From NCBI GenBank assembly GCA_041611735.1, contig JBFIML010000038.1:1-43416 (forward strand): a stretch of 43,416 nucleotides of DNA, in the 5' to 3' direction. The stretch is from Myxococcota bacterium (lineage in GTDB: Bacteria > Myxococcota_A > UBA9160 > PR03). Shown here one piece after another: positions 16,166 through 25,166 of the stretch. Each line of letters opens with the position of its first letter. Positions within the stretch are counted from its first letter, which is position 1. The notes below the pieces were generated by a model. That model was not told where the DNA came from, searched no databases, and saw only the letters and a program-made list of their open reading frames with translations. A program made the translations under genes and the position numbers.

Positions 16166-18139
16166 TCAGGCGCGGCGGCGGCGGGCCAGGGCGAGGAGCG
16201 CCAGAAGCGGCGCCAGCTCGAAGCCGAGGCCACAGCCCGAGGCCGCCTCGAGATTCCGCCAGGACACCGTGCACTGGGGGTCCGGGGGGCTGCCATCCCA
16301 ATCGCTTCCGCCATCTCCGTCGTTGTCAATCCCGTCGTCGCATTGGGGATCCTCGCGGAGCGAGCCGGGCGCCTGGCAACCGGGATCGTCGCCGAAGTCC
16401 ACGGCTCCGTCGCCGTCGTTGTCCACGCCGTCGTCGCAGGCCGGCGGCTCCACGAACTCGAGCACCTGGTCCGGGGCCACCTGGCTCTGCTCCTGCACGA
16501 CGCCGGTGCGCGGCCAGGTGACGCGCACCTTCCACACGCTGCCCGGCAGGTCGCCGAGCCCGAAGTGGGCCACCCGTTCGCTCTGGCCCAGGAAGTGGGT
16601 GGACGCCCCGACCTCTCGCACCTGGAGCGGCCCGCCGGGCGACGCCTCCACCTGGACGCGCGCCCCGATGCCCTCGGCGTTCGAGCCGGTGCCCCGCACC
16701 CGCACGCGCAGCCAGCGCTTCGCGTTGCCGCCCTCGTTGCGGTACAGCACCGGCGCGTCCGCGTTGTTCACCACGAAGAGGTCGAGGTCACCGTCCTCGT
16801 CGTAGTCGAAGACGAGCAGCCCCTTGCCGTGGCGATCGTCCGTGAGGCCCACGGCGGCCGCCTGCTCGGGCATCGCCCCGGGACCGTCGTTGCGCCAGAA
16901 GCGCAGCGGGAACGGACCCGTGCCCCCGTAGGGGCCCACGAACTGGACGCCCTGGGTCATCACCAGGTCCAGGTCCCCGTCGTTGTCGAAGTCGAAGAAG
17001 GCGGAGCCCCAGCCGACCTCGAAGCTGGCTCCGACCGGACCCCCGAACCGCACGCCCGCCGCGTCGGTCTGGTCCGAGAAGCTGCGGTTGCCCTCGTTGC
17101 GGTACAGGCGATGGCCGCTGCACGCCACGGGTCGGACCGTGCAGTAGATGGAGCTCACGAACCAGTCCAGATCACCGTCGCCGTCCTGGTCCCCGAAGGT
17201 GGAACCCATGCCGTTCTCGTCCGTGCCGACGCCCGCGGCGACCGTGCCCTCGGTGAAGGTTCCGTCTGCGTCGTTCCAGAACAGCCGACTCGTGCCTCCA
17301 TCGGCGACCACCGCCAGGTCCGACCAGCCATCTCCATCCAGATCCGCGAAGGCGGGCGCCCAGGAGAGCTCGCCGCCCAGGGGCAGCGAGCCGGCCAGGG
17401 AGACGCCGGCGACAGCGGTGCGGTCCTCGAAGAAGCCCGGCGCCGGGTTGCCGCGGTTGCGCAGCAGGCGGGCGTGGGAGGGAGCCGTCGGCACCAGGAA
17501 GCCGGGCATGCGCCACTCGCTGGTGAAGAGGTCCAGCCAGCCGTCCCGGTCGTAGTCGCCGACGGCCACGCTGAAGCCCGCGTGCTGCTGTCCCGTGGCC
17601 ACCGCCGCTCCCCGGGCCAGGCCCTGCTCCGCGAAGACACCCGTCCCGTCGTTGATGAAGAGGTGGTGTCGCGCGTCGCCGAGGGTGGTGACATAGAGAT
17701 CCGGATCGCCATCGTTGTCCACGTCGGCGAAGACCGCGCCGTTGGACGGGAGTGCGAAGGAGGCGAGCCCCGAGGCGGCGCTCGCGTCCTCGAAGGTCCC
17801 GTCGCCCCGGTTGCGGAACAGGAGGTCGTGGGCGTCCAGGCGGGTCACGTAGAGATCGACGTGACCGTCCCCGTCCACGTCCGCCACCGCCGCGCCGCCG
17901 CTGAAACGCTCCGGCATGCAGCGCCACTCCGCCACTTCCGCCGGATCGAGCTCCGGAGGCAGCGGGTCCACCGGTGCGATGCGGCAGCTGGCGGGATCCT
18001 CGTTGCCCACCTGCTGTACGTAGGCCGGGAGCGCGGAGGCGGTCACGTCGCTGAAGGTCGCGGCGGCGCCGACGGCCGGCGCGGCGAGCAGCCCGGACAG
18101 CAGCCCGAGCCTCGGGAGGTAAAGACGGGAGCTGCCCAT
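16166..18139 (-). CDS. CRTAC1/ASPIC-UnbV family FG-GAP repeat surface protein with Cys/Asp repeats and C-terminal anchor
   Basis: Signal peptide, repeated DxDxDGxxDL motifs, ASPIC-UnbV segment (GIGARV...HFGLG), two CDDGxDNDGDG repeats, and a GCGLGFEL-TM-RRRR tail. Confidence 0.88.
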   Translation of the reverse strand: MGSSRLYLPRLGLLSGLLAAPAVGAAATFSDVTASALPAYVQQVGNEDPASCRIAPVDPLPPELDPAEVAEWRCMPERFSGGAAVADVDGDGHVDLYVTRLDAHDLLFRNRGDGTFEDASAASGLASFALPSNGAVFADVDNDGDPDLYVTTLGDARHHLFINDGTGVFAEQGLARGAAVATGQQHAGFSVAVGDYDRDGWLDLFTSEWRMPGFLVPTAPSHARLLRNRGNPAPGFFEDRTAVAGVSLAGSLPLGGELSWAPAFADLDGDGWSDLAVVADGGTSRLFWNDADGTFTEGTVAAGVGTDENGMGSTFGDQDGDGDLDWFVSSIYCTVRPVACSGHRLYRNEGNRSFSDQTDAAGVRFGGPVGASFEVGWGSAFFDFDNDGDLDLVMTQGVQFVGPYGGTGPFPLRFWRNDGPGAMPEQAAAVGLTDDRHGKGLLVFDYDEDGDLDLFVVNNADAPVLYRNEGGNAKRWLRVRVRGTGSNAEGIGARVQVEASPGGPLQVREVGASTHFLGQSERVAHFGLGDLPGSVWKVRVTWPRTGVVQEQSQVAPDQVLEFVEPPACDDGVDNDGDGAVDFGDDPGCQAPGSLREDPQCDDGIDNDGDGGSDWDGSPPDPQCTVSWRNLEAASGCGLGFELAPLLALLALARRRRA

Positions 18140-18160
18140 GACCGGCGACCGGGTCCGAGC

Positions 18161-19201
18161 TCACCGGCGCGGGCGCCGGTACTCCAGATACAGCCGCGCG
18201 CAGCGCCCACCGGAGCCAGGCGCCAGCTCGGCCACGCCCAGCAGGAGATGCGGGCTCGCGATGGGAACGCGCAGGGTGACGGACAGCGGCTCCGGGCCTT
18301 CGGGCCATGCGGCCCGGCCCGCCCAGCGCCAGCGGCGCGCCGGCTCCAGGCGCTCCAGGCCGAGCGCCTCCCCCAGCGCGCCGCGGACCCCATCCTCGCA
18401 GCCGTCCGCGGGCACCTCGAAGCGCAGGGGGGGGATCACCGAACGCGAGAGGAACGGCGTCACGTGGAAGATCGTCTCGTTGCCAAAGTGCACCAAGCCG
18501 TCCTGCTCGAACACGTTCTGGCTCTGGAGGTTGTCCAGGCGCGCGCCCTCCTCCTCCCGCAGGCCGGCCTCGCTCGCATGCAGGTGGATCCAGTCCCGCA
18601 TGGGCGCGAACAAGCCGCGGCTGCGGTGCTCGGGCGCGATCCCCAGCAGGTTGGTGTGCAGCGTCCCGTCGGACGCCGTCATCACGATGAAGCCGACCCA
18701 CTGCCCCTGGTACCGGACGAGCCATTGGGAGCGACCCGGCTCCCGACTGCCCAGGAAGAAGTCCACCAGGCAGTCGAGCTCCTCCTTCTTGGAGAAGAGG
18801 GCCGCCAGCCACGGGGTCTTGTAGTAGCCGATGGGGTCGTCCTGGAAGCAGCGGCGCACCACGGGCTCGAGGCCGGACGCCCGGGCCTCGTCCACCGCCA
18901 CGAACTCGAGATCCTCCGGGTGCGCGTAGCGCGCCCGGTACGGCCGGTCCCGGTAGTCGAAGCGGTAGCGGAGGATCCCGCCGGCGTAGAAGTACGGAAC
19001 CCCGATCTCCTCCAGGGCGGCGACCCCTCCGTCCGCACACCCGTCGGCGCGGATCTTGAGGCGGCAGAGGTCGAAGTCGCCCTCTTGGAGGGCCTCGCTG
19101 AAGGGCTCCGGGTCGAGTCGGTCCGTGGTCAGATGGCCCACGCGGAGACCCAGCACCCGGGTCTCCACCGCCGAGAGCTTGATGGGAGGGATCGGGGTCA
19201 C
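18161..19201 (-). CDS. GNAT-fold acyltransferase (WecD-like, tentative)
   Basis: LLGIAPEHRSRGL (acetyl-CoA motif A) and N..SQ..F...G. The N-terminal L...ET..LG..VG resembles WecD-type enzymes. Start re-assigned to GTG 19201 to avoid overlap with the divergent gene. Confidence 0.65.
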   Translation of the reverse strand: MTPIPPIKLSAVETRVLGLRVGHLTTDRLDPEPFSEALQEGDFDLCRLKIRADGCADGGVAALEEIGVPYFYAGGILRYRFDYRDRPYRARYAHPEDLEFVAVDEARASGLEPVVRRCFQDDPIGYYKTPWLAALFSKKEELDCLVDFFLGSREPGRSQWLVRYQGQWVGFIVMTASDGTLHTNLLGIAPEHRSRGLFAPMRDWIHLHASEAGLREEEGARLDNLQSQNVFEQDGLVHFGNETIFHVTPFLSRSVIPPLRFEVPADGCEDGVRGALGEALGLERLEPARRWRWAGRAAWPEGPEPLSVTLRVPIASPHLLLGVAELAPGSGGRCARLYLEYRRPRR

Positions 19202-19230
19202 GTAGGATGTTTCCCGGGTCAGGAGGTGAT

Positions 19231-20232
19231 GTGTCCGCGGAATCGAGTATCGCATCGCGGTATCGGGCGATCAAGGCGACGCCGGACCTGCTGCCGCAGG
19301 CCACGCTCCGCGAGCTGATGCAGCGCCGTCCGCTGCGCGCGACGGTTGCCATCGCCGGCGAGTGGCTCGGCCTCGGCCTGGCCGTGGCCCTCTACGAGGT
19401 GGTCTCCTGGCCCGGGCTGTATCCGCTGCTGGTGGCGTGGATCGGAGCCCGCATGCTCGGCCTCTGGGTGCTCGCCCACGACGGTCTCCATCACCTGCTG
19501 TTTCGGAACCGGCGACTCAACGACGCAGTCACCCGGACCCTGCTCGCCTGGCCGCTGTTCGTGAGCCTGTCCGAGTTCCGTCGCGTGCATCTCGAGCACC
19601 ACCGGCATCTCAAGACGCCCCGCGATCCGGAGACGGCGCTCGCCGAGTTCCCGGATTTCCGGTTCCCGCACAGCCGCGCCCACCTGCTCGGCATCCTGCT
19701 GATGGATCTCTCGGGCATCAACTTCGTACGCTTCTTCGTGAAGAAGCGCTATCGGGCCCTGCGCCACCTGGCCGGCTCCCCGTCCCACGGACGGCGCGGC
19801 TGGCCTCGCCCCGGCAAGCTCGCCTACTACGGGGGAGCGCTCGGGCTGGTGGCGGCGTGGGGACTCTGGAGGGAGCTCGCCCTCTTCTGGCTGGTCCCGT
19901 ACGCCACCTGGTACACCCTGGTCCTGCGCCTGCGGCTCATGGCAGAGCACCTGCACCTGCCGGAGTCCGATCACCTCCAGACCCGCACCATCCTGCCCTG
20001 TGCCCTGGAGCGCTGGTTCTTCGTGCCGCACCACGTGAGCTACCACGCCGAGCACCACCTGTATCCGGGCGTCCCGTGCTACCGGCTGCCCCGCCTGCAT
20101 GGGCTCCTGCGCCAGCACGGGGAATTCGCGGAGCGGGCGCCGCTGCGACGCGGCTACCTGAGGACCCTGGGCGAGTTCGCCCGGGCGGAAGTCGCTGCGG
20201 ACTCGCCCTCGGAGCCGTCGCGCAGCTGGTAG
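19231..20232 (+). CDS. Membrane-bound fatty acid desaturase/hydroxylase family protein
   Basis: His boxes HDGLH, HLEHH and HAEHH plus AEH. AGGAGGT RBS immediately before GTG 19231. Confidence 0.9.
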   Translation: MSAESSIASRYRAIKATPDLLPQATLRELMQRRPLRATVAIAGEWLGLGLAVALYEVVSWPGLYPLLVAWIGARMLGLWVLAHDGLHHLLFRNRRLNDAVTRTLLAWPLFVSLSEFRRVHLEHHRHLKTPRDPETALAEFPDFRFPHSRAHLLGILLMDLSGINFVRFFVKKRYRALRHLAGSPSHGRRGWPRPGKLAYYGGALGLVAAWGLWRELALFWLVPYATWYTLVLRLRLMAEHLHLPESDHLQTRTILPCALERWFFVPHHVSYHAEHHLYPGVPCYRLPRLHGLLRQHGEFAERAPLRRGYLRTLGEFARAEVAADSPSEPSRSW

Positions 20233-21107
20233 AAGGGGATCCCCTGCCCGATCTGGTAGAGGCGCTGCGCGTACTCGCCGATCAGGCACAGCAGACCGGC
20301 CAGGACGCTGCCCACGACGAGAACCAGGCCGCCCAGGGCCGCGCCCGGGGAGCCGGCGACGAGGCCCACCCCGAGGAGCGCGAGGCCGACGACCCCCACA
20401 CCTCCCGCTCCCACGCCGATGCGCAGGAAGGGGCGGCGGGCCGTCAACAAGTAGTAGTCCGTGGCGACGGCGAAGAGCGTGAAGAAGGAGTGGCCGCCGG
20501 AGCGATCCTTGGGGCGGTGCCGGATCGGGACCTCCCCCACGGAGCGCGCGCGCTGGAGCAGTAGCGGCGTGATGAGTCGCCGGTGCTCGCCCTCCGCAGC
20601 CAGATCCTTCACGATCCAGGACTCCATGGCGCGCATGCCGCAGCCCACGTCGCGCACCGACGTCCCCGTCACGCGGCGCACGTAGCGATTCAGGAGCCAC
20701 GAGGGAATGCGCCGCGCGAGCCACGGGTCCCGGCGGCCCTCGCGCACGCCGCACGCCAGATCGTGGCCCCGATCCAGCGCCGCCAGCAGGGCGGGCAGGT
20801 CCTCGGGCAGGTTCTCCAGATCCGCGTCCAGACACGCCACCCGCTTGCCGCGCGCCAGGTCGAAGCCCGCGCAGATGGCCGCCTGGCTGCCGAAGTTGCG
20901 CGTCAGCGCGTGGGCGCGGATGCGCGGGTCCGCGGCGGCGCGTTGCGCCAGCCGCTCGAAGCTCTTGTCGCGGGAGCCGTCGTCCACGAAGACCAGCTCG
21001 AAGGAGAGCGGCAGCGGCTCGAGGACCGCCATCAGGCGATCGATGAGCTCGTCGAGGGTGGCCCGGTTCTCGTATACCGGGACGACCACGGAGAGGTCGC
21101 AGCTCAC
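20154..21107 (-). CDS. GT2 polyprenyl-phosphate glycosyltransferase (ArnC/GtrB-like), copy 2
   Basis: SVVVPVY, VDDGSRD, RNFGSQAA and DADLENLPEDLP motifs, two C-terminal TMs, GEYAQRLY. GTG 21107 in a GTGA overlap. Confidence 0.88.
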   Translation of the reverse strand: MSCDLSVVVPVYENRATLDELIDRLMAVLEPLPLSFELVFVDDGSRDKSFERLAQRAAADPRIRAHALTRNFGSQAAICAGFDLARGKRVACLDADLENLPEDLPALLAALDRGHDLACGVREGRRDPWLARRIPSWLLNRYVRRVTGTSVRDVGCGMRAMESWIVKDLAAEGEHRRLITPLLLQRARSVGEVPIRHRPKDRSGGHSFFTLFAVATDYYLLTARRPFLRIGVGAGGVGVVGLALLGVGLVAGSPGAALGGLVLVVGSVLAGLLCLIGEYAQRLYQIGQGIPFYQLRDGSEGESAATSARANSPRVLR

Positions 21108-22336
21108 GGAAACACCGCCTGCAGCGCGAACACGAAGTGCAGCCCCTCCGGCGGAGCCCCCCGCCGCACGCGGGTCACGGCGAGCCGGTCCGATGCCAGC
21201 AGCACCTGCCAGGGCAGGCGCCGTTCGAACAGGTCCTTCCAGTCCCCGTCGCGCACGCGCAGGCCGTAAGGGGCCCCGGCGTCGCCCCGCTTGGCCGGCT
21301 CCTCCGGGTGGCGGAAGTCCAGGGTCCAGACGCCCGCATCCTCCCCCGTCACCTGGAACAGGACCGGCTGGCCCACGTAGGCGGCCACGGCAGGCGCCTC
21401 CCGCAGGCGTCGCGGGAGGTCGCGCCGGAAGGTGTCCTCGGTGGAGGGGCGGCCGGCGGGGCACCAGCGCTCGCCCGTGGCGAGCCAGCGGTGCAGGTAG
21501 TCGTGGGCGACCGCAGGCGCCGGCGTCCCCGACAGGACACCACGCTCGATCCCCCCCTCTCGCGACCAGGCGTCGCCCGGTCGCAGGTCCAGGAAGCGCA
21601 CCTCCGGCGCCTCGCGCGCCAGGGCGGCCCGCAGGTGCTCGGCGTTGCGTCGGATCACCTTGCGCGTGACGTCCGCCCCGTGCGGTCCGCGCCAGCGCAT
21701 GTTCGAAGCGGCCCCGAAGGCGGCCCCGGCGCCGAGCTGGCGCGCCGCGCGCGCCGCGCCCTGGGGCCCGTGCTCTGCCGGCTTGAAGGAGGGCAGCGCC
21801 AGCAGCGCGGGCTGGTCGAAGGAGTTGTGGGAGAAGGCGCCGACGTCCACGGGGCCCAGGCGCCGGGCGATCTCGGCCATCACCTCCGGCGGCTGGGGCG
21901 CATCCGCCCCGTCGAAGAAGCGACCGCTCGGACCCTCGATCACGTAGGCACACTCGTCGAGGACGCCCGGGGAGGGCGTCGGCACGATGCGCACCCGGCC
22001 GATCTCGAAGGGCTCGAAGTCGTGGCGCGCGTGCAGGTTGGTGAAGCCGAGCCGTCGCAGGTTCGTGTCGAGCTCGGTGAAGCGGACCGGGGGATGCACG
22101 ACCGGGATGGTGCGGTCGGGAAGCGCGCCCAGGGTCGGCGCGTTGAAGTGATCCAGGTGGCCGTGGGTGAGCGCGATGGCATCCAGGGCGGGCAGGTCGC
22201 CGGGACCCAGCGCCAGCGGCGGATCGTGCTCCGCCAGGCCCTCGAAGACGGGATCGGTCAGCCACGGATCGGTGAGGATCCGCAAGCCGTCCACTTCCAC
22301 CAGGTGACAGGCCTGGCCGAGGAAGATCACGCGCAC
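21104..22336 (-). CDS. Metallo-beta-lactamase-fold protein (UlaG-like) with putative C-terminal SCP2 lipid-binding domain
   Basis: FLGQA..LVE...ILTDPW and THGHLDH (HxHxDH). The C-terminal F.VTG...G.W.LDF...W..L segment resembles SCP2. GTG 22336 lies 6 nt after TATACT. Confidence 0.75.
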   Translation of the reverse strand: MRVIFLGQACHLVEVDGLRILTDPWLTDPVFEGLAEHDPPLALGPGDLPALDAIALTHGHLDHFNAPTLGALPDRTIPVVHPPVRFTELDTNLRRLGFTNLHARHDFEPFEIGRVRIVPTPSPGVLDECAYVIEGPSGRFFDGADAPQPPEVMAEIARRLGPVDVGAFSHNSFDQPALLALPSFKPAEHGPQGAARAARQLGAGAAFGAASNMRWRGPHGADVTRKVIRRNAEHLRAALAREAPEVRFLDLRPGDAWSREGGIERGVLSGTPAPAVAHDYLHRWLATGERWCPAGRPSTEDTFRRDLPRRLREAPAVAAYVGQPVLFQVTGEDAGVWTLDFRHPEEPAKRGDAGAPYGLRVRDGDWKDLFERRLPWQVLLASDRLAVTRVRRGAPPEGLHFVFALQAVFP

Positions 22337-22464
22337 GTGGCCAGTATACGCTGGCGCCTCCCGGAGCGGGCGCGGCCCGTTGCCACCCGGACGCGGCGCG
22401 CGGTATGCATGACCGCGCGCGGCGCGCGGGGCGCAGCGATTGGACGGAGGCGGGATCCTCGAGC

Positions 22465-24493
22465 GTGGATGCACTCGCCCTGCTCGGGTCGCTGTGGGCC
22501 CTCGCGGCGGGGGTGCTCGCTCCCGGCTGGCTCCTGGCGCGGGGGCTCGCCCTGGGTCGCGACGCACTGGAGCGCTTCGTGCTCGCGGCGGCGCTGGGGC
22601 GCCTGGCCCTGGCCGCCGTGACCCTGCTGGCCACGTCCACGTTCGGAGCTCGAGCGCTCCACCTCTGGGCGGTCGCTGCCGCGCTGGGCTTCGCCGCAAC
22701 GGGGCTCCTGGGCCGCCGGCGCCAACCGCCCCGGTCGGACGGGCGGAGCGCGCTTCCCATCCTGCCGGTCGCGCTGACCCTCGTGGCGGCCGGGCTCCTG
22801 GTGCACGCGTTCGTGGGGCGCTCGGGGCTCGCGCAGGGCGGGCAGATCGCCTTCTTCGGGCGCGATACCAGCAACGACCCCCTGGTCTACGTGGCCATGG
22901 CCTTCGGGCTGCACGCCACGGGGCTCCCCCTCACCAACCCGTTCGCCGCGGGGCTCCCGGTCACGACGAGCTACGCCCCCTACGGCGTCCTGGCGGGGCT
23001 GCACGAGATCGGCGCGGTTCCCATGCTCGATCTCGCGTTGCGGGTCCTCCCGTGCTTCGACGTGGCCACCCTCGGTCTCGGCGCCGCGGCGTTGCTGCGC
23101 GCGCTCGGGGCTCCCCGCCTCGCCTGGACGGCGGCGCCCGTGCTGCTGCTGCTGGGAGGGGATGCGGGCCCCTGGCTGGAGGCGCTCGGTCCGCGCCTCG
23201 GCCTGGACGTGGCGCACCTGGACACCTGGGCCTTCTTCGGACCCTACTTCCTCGCCTTCAATCCGATCGCGGCCGCCCTGCAGACGCTCCTCGCCGGCCT
23301 GCTGCTGCTGGTGGGCCGTACGTCCGGCCCGCGGCGGGCCGCGCTCGGCGCGGGGCTGCTGTTCGCCGGGCTCTTCGAGCTCAAGCTCTTCCTGTGGGCG
23401 CCGGCCCTGGCGGCCCTGGTGGCGGTGGCGTGGCTGTGCCCGCCGCCGGGCACGGCGCTGCGGCTGCGCTGGGCGGCGGGGGTGGCGGTCGTCGCCTCGC
23501 TGCCCTCGCTGGTGGAGAAGGCGCTCTGGGCCCGCGCCCTGCGGGAGGAGCACGCAACCGGCTTCGCCGCCTGTGTCGGCTGCCTGCCCCGCTACCTGAT
23601 GAACGCCGCCCTCGGGAGCCACGACCTCTCCCCCGCGCTCTTCCGCACCTTCCGCCTCGGGGACGTGCTCTCGGCGGGCTTCCTCTTCGATGCGGCGCGC
23701 GCCGGCCTGGTGGTCGGTGCCATCGCGCTCGGGGCACGCTGGCTCGCCGTGCCGACCCTGGTGCGGCTGGCGCGTGGCTCCGAGTCGCCCGGGCGCGCCC
23801 TCCTGGCCCGCTGGCTGGGCGTGGGCTCGGGAACCGGTCTCCTGCTGGCCGGGGGCGTCGGCGTCGAGCCGCATCCCCTGAACGCGGCCCAGTTCGCCTG
23901 GATCGCCAGCTTCGGCCTGTGGCTGGCCGTGGCCCTGGCGGTCGCGGACTGGGCCCAGCGCGGACGCTGGCTCCCGCTCGGCCTGGTGGCCGCCCTGGCG
24001 CTGCCCGGCTCCCTCGACGCGCTGGTGCGCCTCGGCTGGAGGGCCCCTCCCTACCTGATCGTCAACACCGGCGAGGCGGCGCTGATGGACGAGCTGGCCC
24101 GCCGGACGAACCCGACCGACGTGGTCTTCGAGCCCTCCATGATCGATCACCCGGATCGTCCCTCGCCGGTGGCCTGGCTGGCGGGCCGACCCGTCTACCT
24201 GAGCCTGCTCTCGGCGGTCCTCTCCGTGCCGGACCGGGAGCGGGAGCGGCGCTTCGCGGACTTGCTGGCGGTCTTCGTGGGCGGGGGTCGCGAGGAGGCG
24301 ATGCGAGCCCTGCGCGCCAGCGGTGCGAGCTGGCTGCTGGTGCCGCTCGGCCGCTGGCTGCCCTTCGAGCCGGGCGACGAGCTGGAGGTGGCCCTGCGGC
24401 ATCCGGCCGGCACCCTGTACCGGCTGGTGGCCGACCGGCGCCCGGCCCGATCTGCCGCTCGCGACGGCGGCGGCGCGTCGAAATCCGACCTAG
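22465..24493 (+). CDS. Polytopic membrane protein, probable GT-C-like glycosyltransferase; 3' end uncertain
   Basis: Many TM segments, a DTSNDP..Y loop, and a C-terminal periplasmic domain ending TLYRL near 24425. As sequenced, the frame has no stop until 25311; the end given is the inferred TAG one base out of frame. Confidence 0.5.
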
Positions 24494-25158
24494 AGCCGGA
24501 CCCCGTGCAGCCAGAGGAAGCACAAGGCGTCCATGGTCACCGCCACCAGCCAGTGGGCGGCGAAGGCAGGCAGGAAGGAGCGACTGCGCCAGGCCACCCA
24601 GCCGAACAGCAGGCCGCCCCAGGCCGCCTCCAGCAGCTCGAGGCGTGGCTTGTCGGCGTGCAGCAGGACGTAGAAGGCCAGCACCCCGAGCAGGGCCCGC
24701 GCCAGACCGAAGCGCCGCGTCAGGGGAAGCAGCAGGAAGCCGCGCCAGCAGAACTCGAGGGCGAAGAGCTGCGGCCCATGGTGGAGCCCCCAGAGGAAGG
24801 CGAGGCCGATGGCATGCTCCCGCGCCGGAGGAAAGACCGGAGAGGGATAGAAGGCCTGGAACTCGGGCTGCAGGGAGAGCCCGAACACCAGGGGCAGCAG
24901 ACCCAGGTAGGCGATGCCCGCGCCGGTGAAGAGCTCGCCCCAGCCCGGCCAGCGCCACCCGTAGTCCGACAGCGGGCGGCCCAGCACGAAGCGGATCAGC
25001 AGCAGGGGCGCCACCAGGAGCGGCAGCACGTCGCCGCCCAGGATCACACCCACGCTGCCCAGGGAAAGTTGAGGTGGAAGCTTCCAGACCGTGTAGAAGA
25101 TGCTGTACAGATTGAGGAAAGTTGCCGCGGAAACCAGGACGCCGAGGCGCTCCCGCAC
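24490..25158 (-). CDS. CPBP (Abi/CAAX type II) glutamic intramembrane protease
   Basis: LEFCWRG, F...LHADKP..E and SRS......H motifs in a multi-TM protein. Start re-assigned to GTG 25158, just after the Rrf2 stop. Confidence 0.8.
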   Translation of the reverse strand: MRERLGVLVSAATFLNLYSIFYTVWKLPPQLSLGSVGVILGGDVLPLLVAPLLLIRFVLGRPLSDYGWRWPGWGELFTGAGIAYLGLLPLVFGLSLQPEFQAFYPSPVFPPAREHAIGLAFLWGLHHGPQLFALEFCWRGFLLLPLTRRFGLARALLGVLAFYVLLHADKPRLELLEAAWGGLLFGWVAWRSRSFLPAFAAHWLVAVTMDALCFLWLHGVRL

Positions 25159-25166
25159 CGGGCGGC

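Noticed and set aside
16166-18139. FG-GAP protein as a CylK/BrtB-like alkylating partner of the CylC-like enzyme
   Set aside because: The architecture is CRTAC1/ASPIC-UnbV with a surface anchor and no RTX-type repeats. A shared Ca-binding propeller fold is not enough evidence.
10041-22336. Chloramphenicol-like CmlI (N-oxygenase) plus CmlA (MBL hydroxylase) pair
   Set aside because: No NRPS or aminobenzoate/aminophenylalanine genes are present, the MBL lacks a CmlA-like N-terminal domain, and the diiron motifs look more CylC-like.
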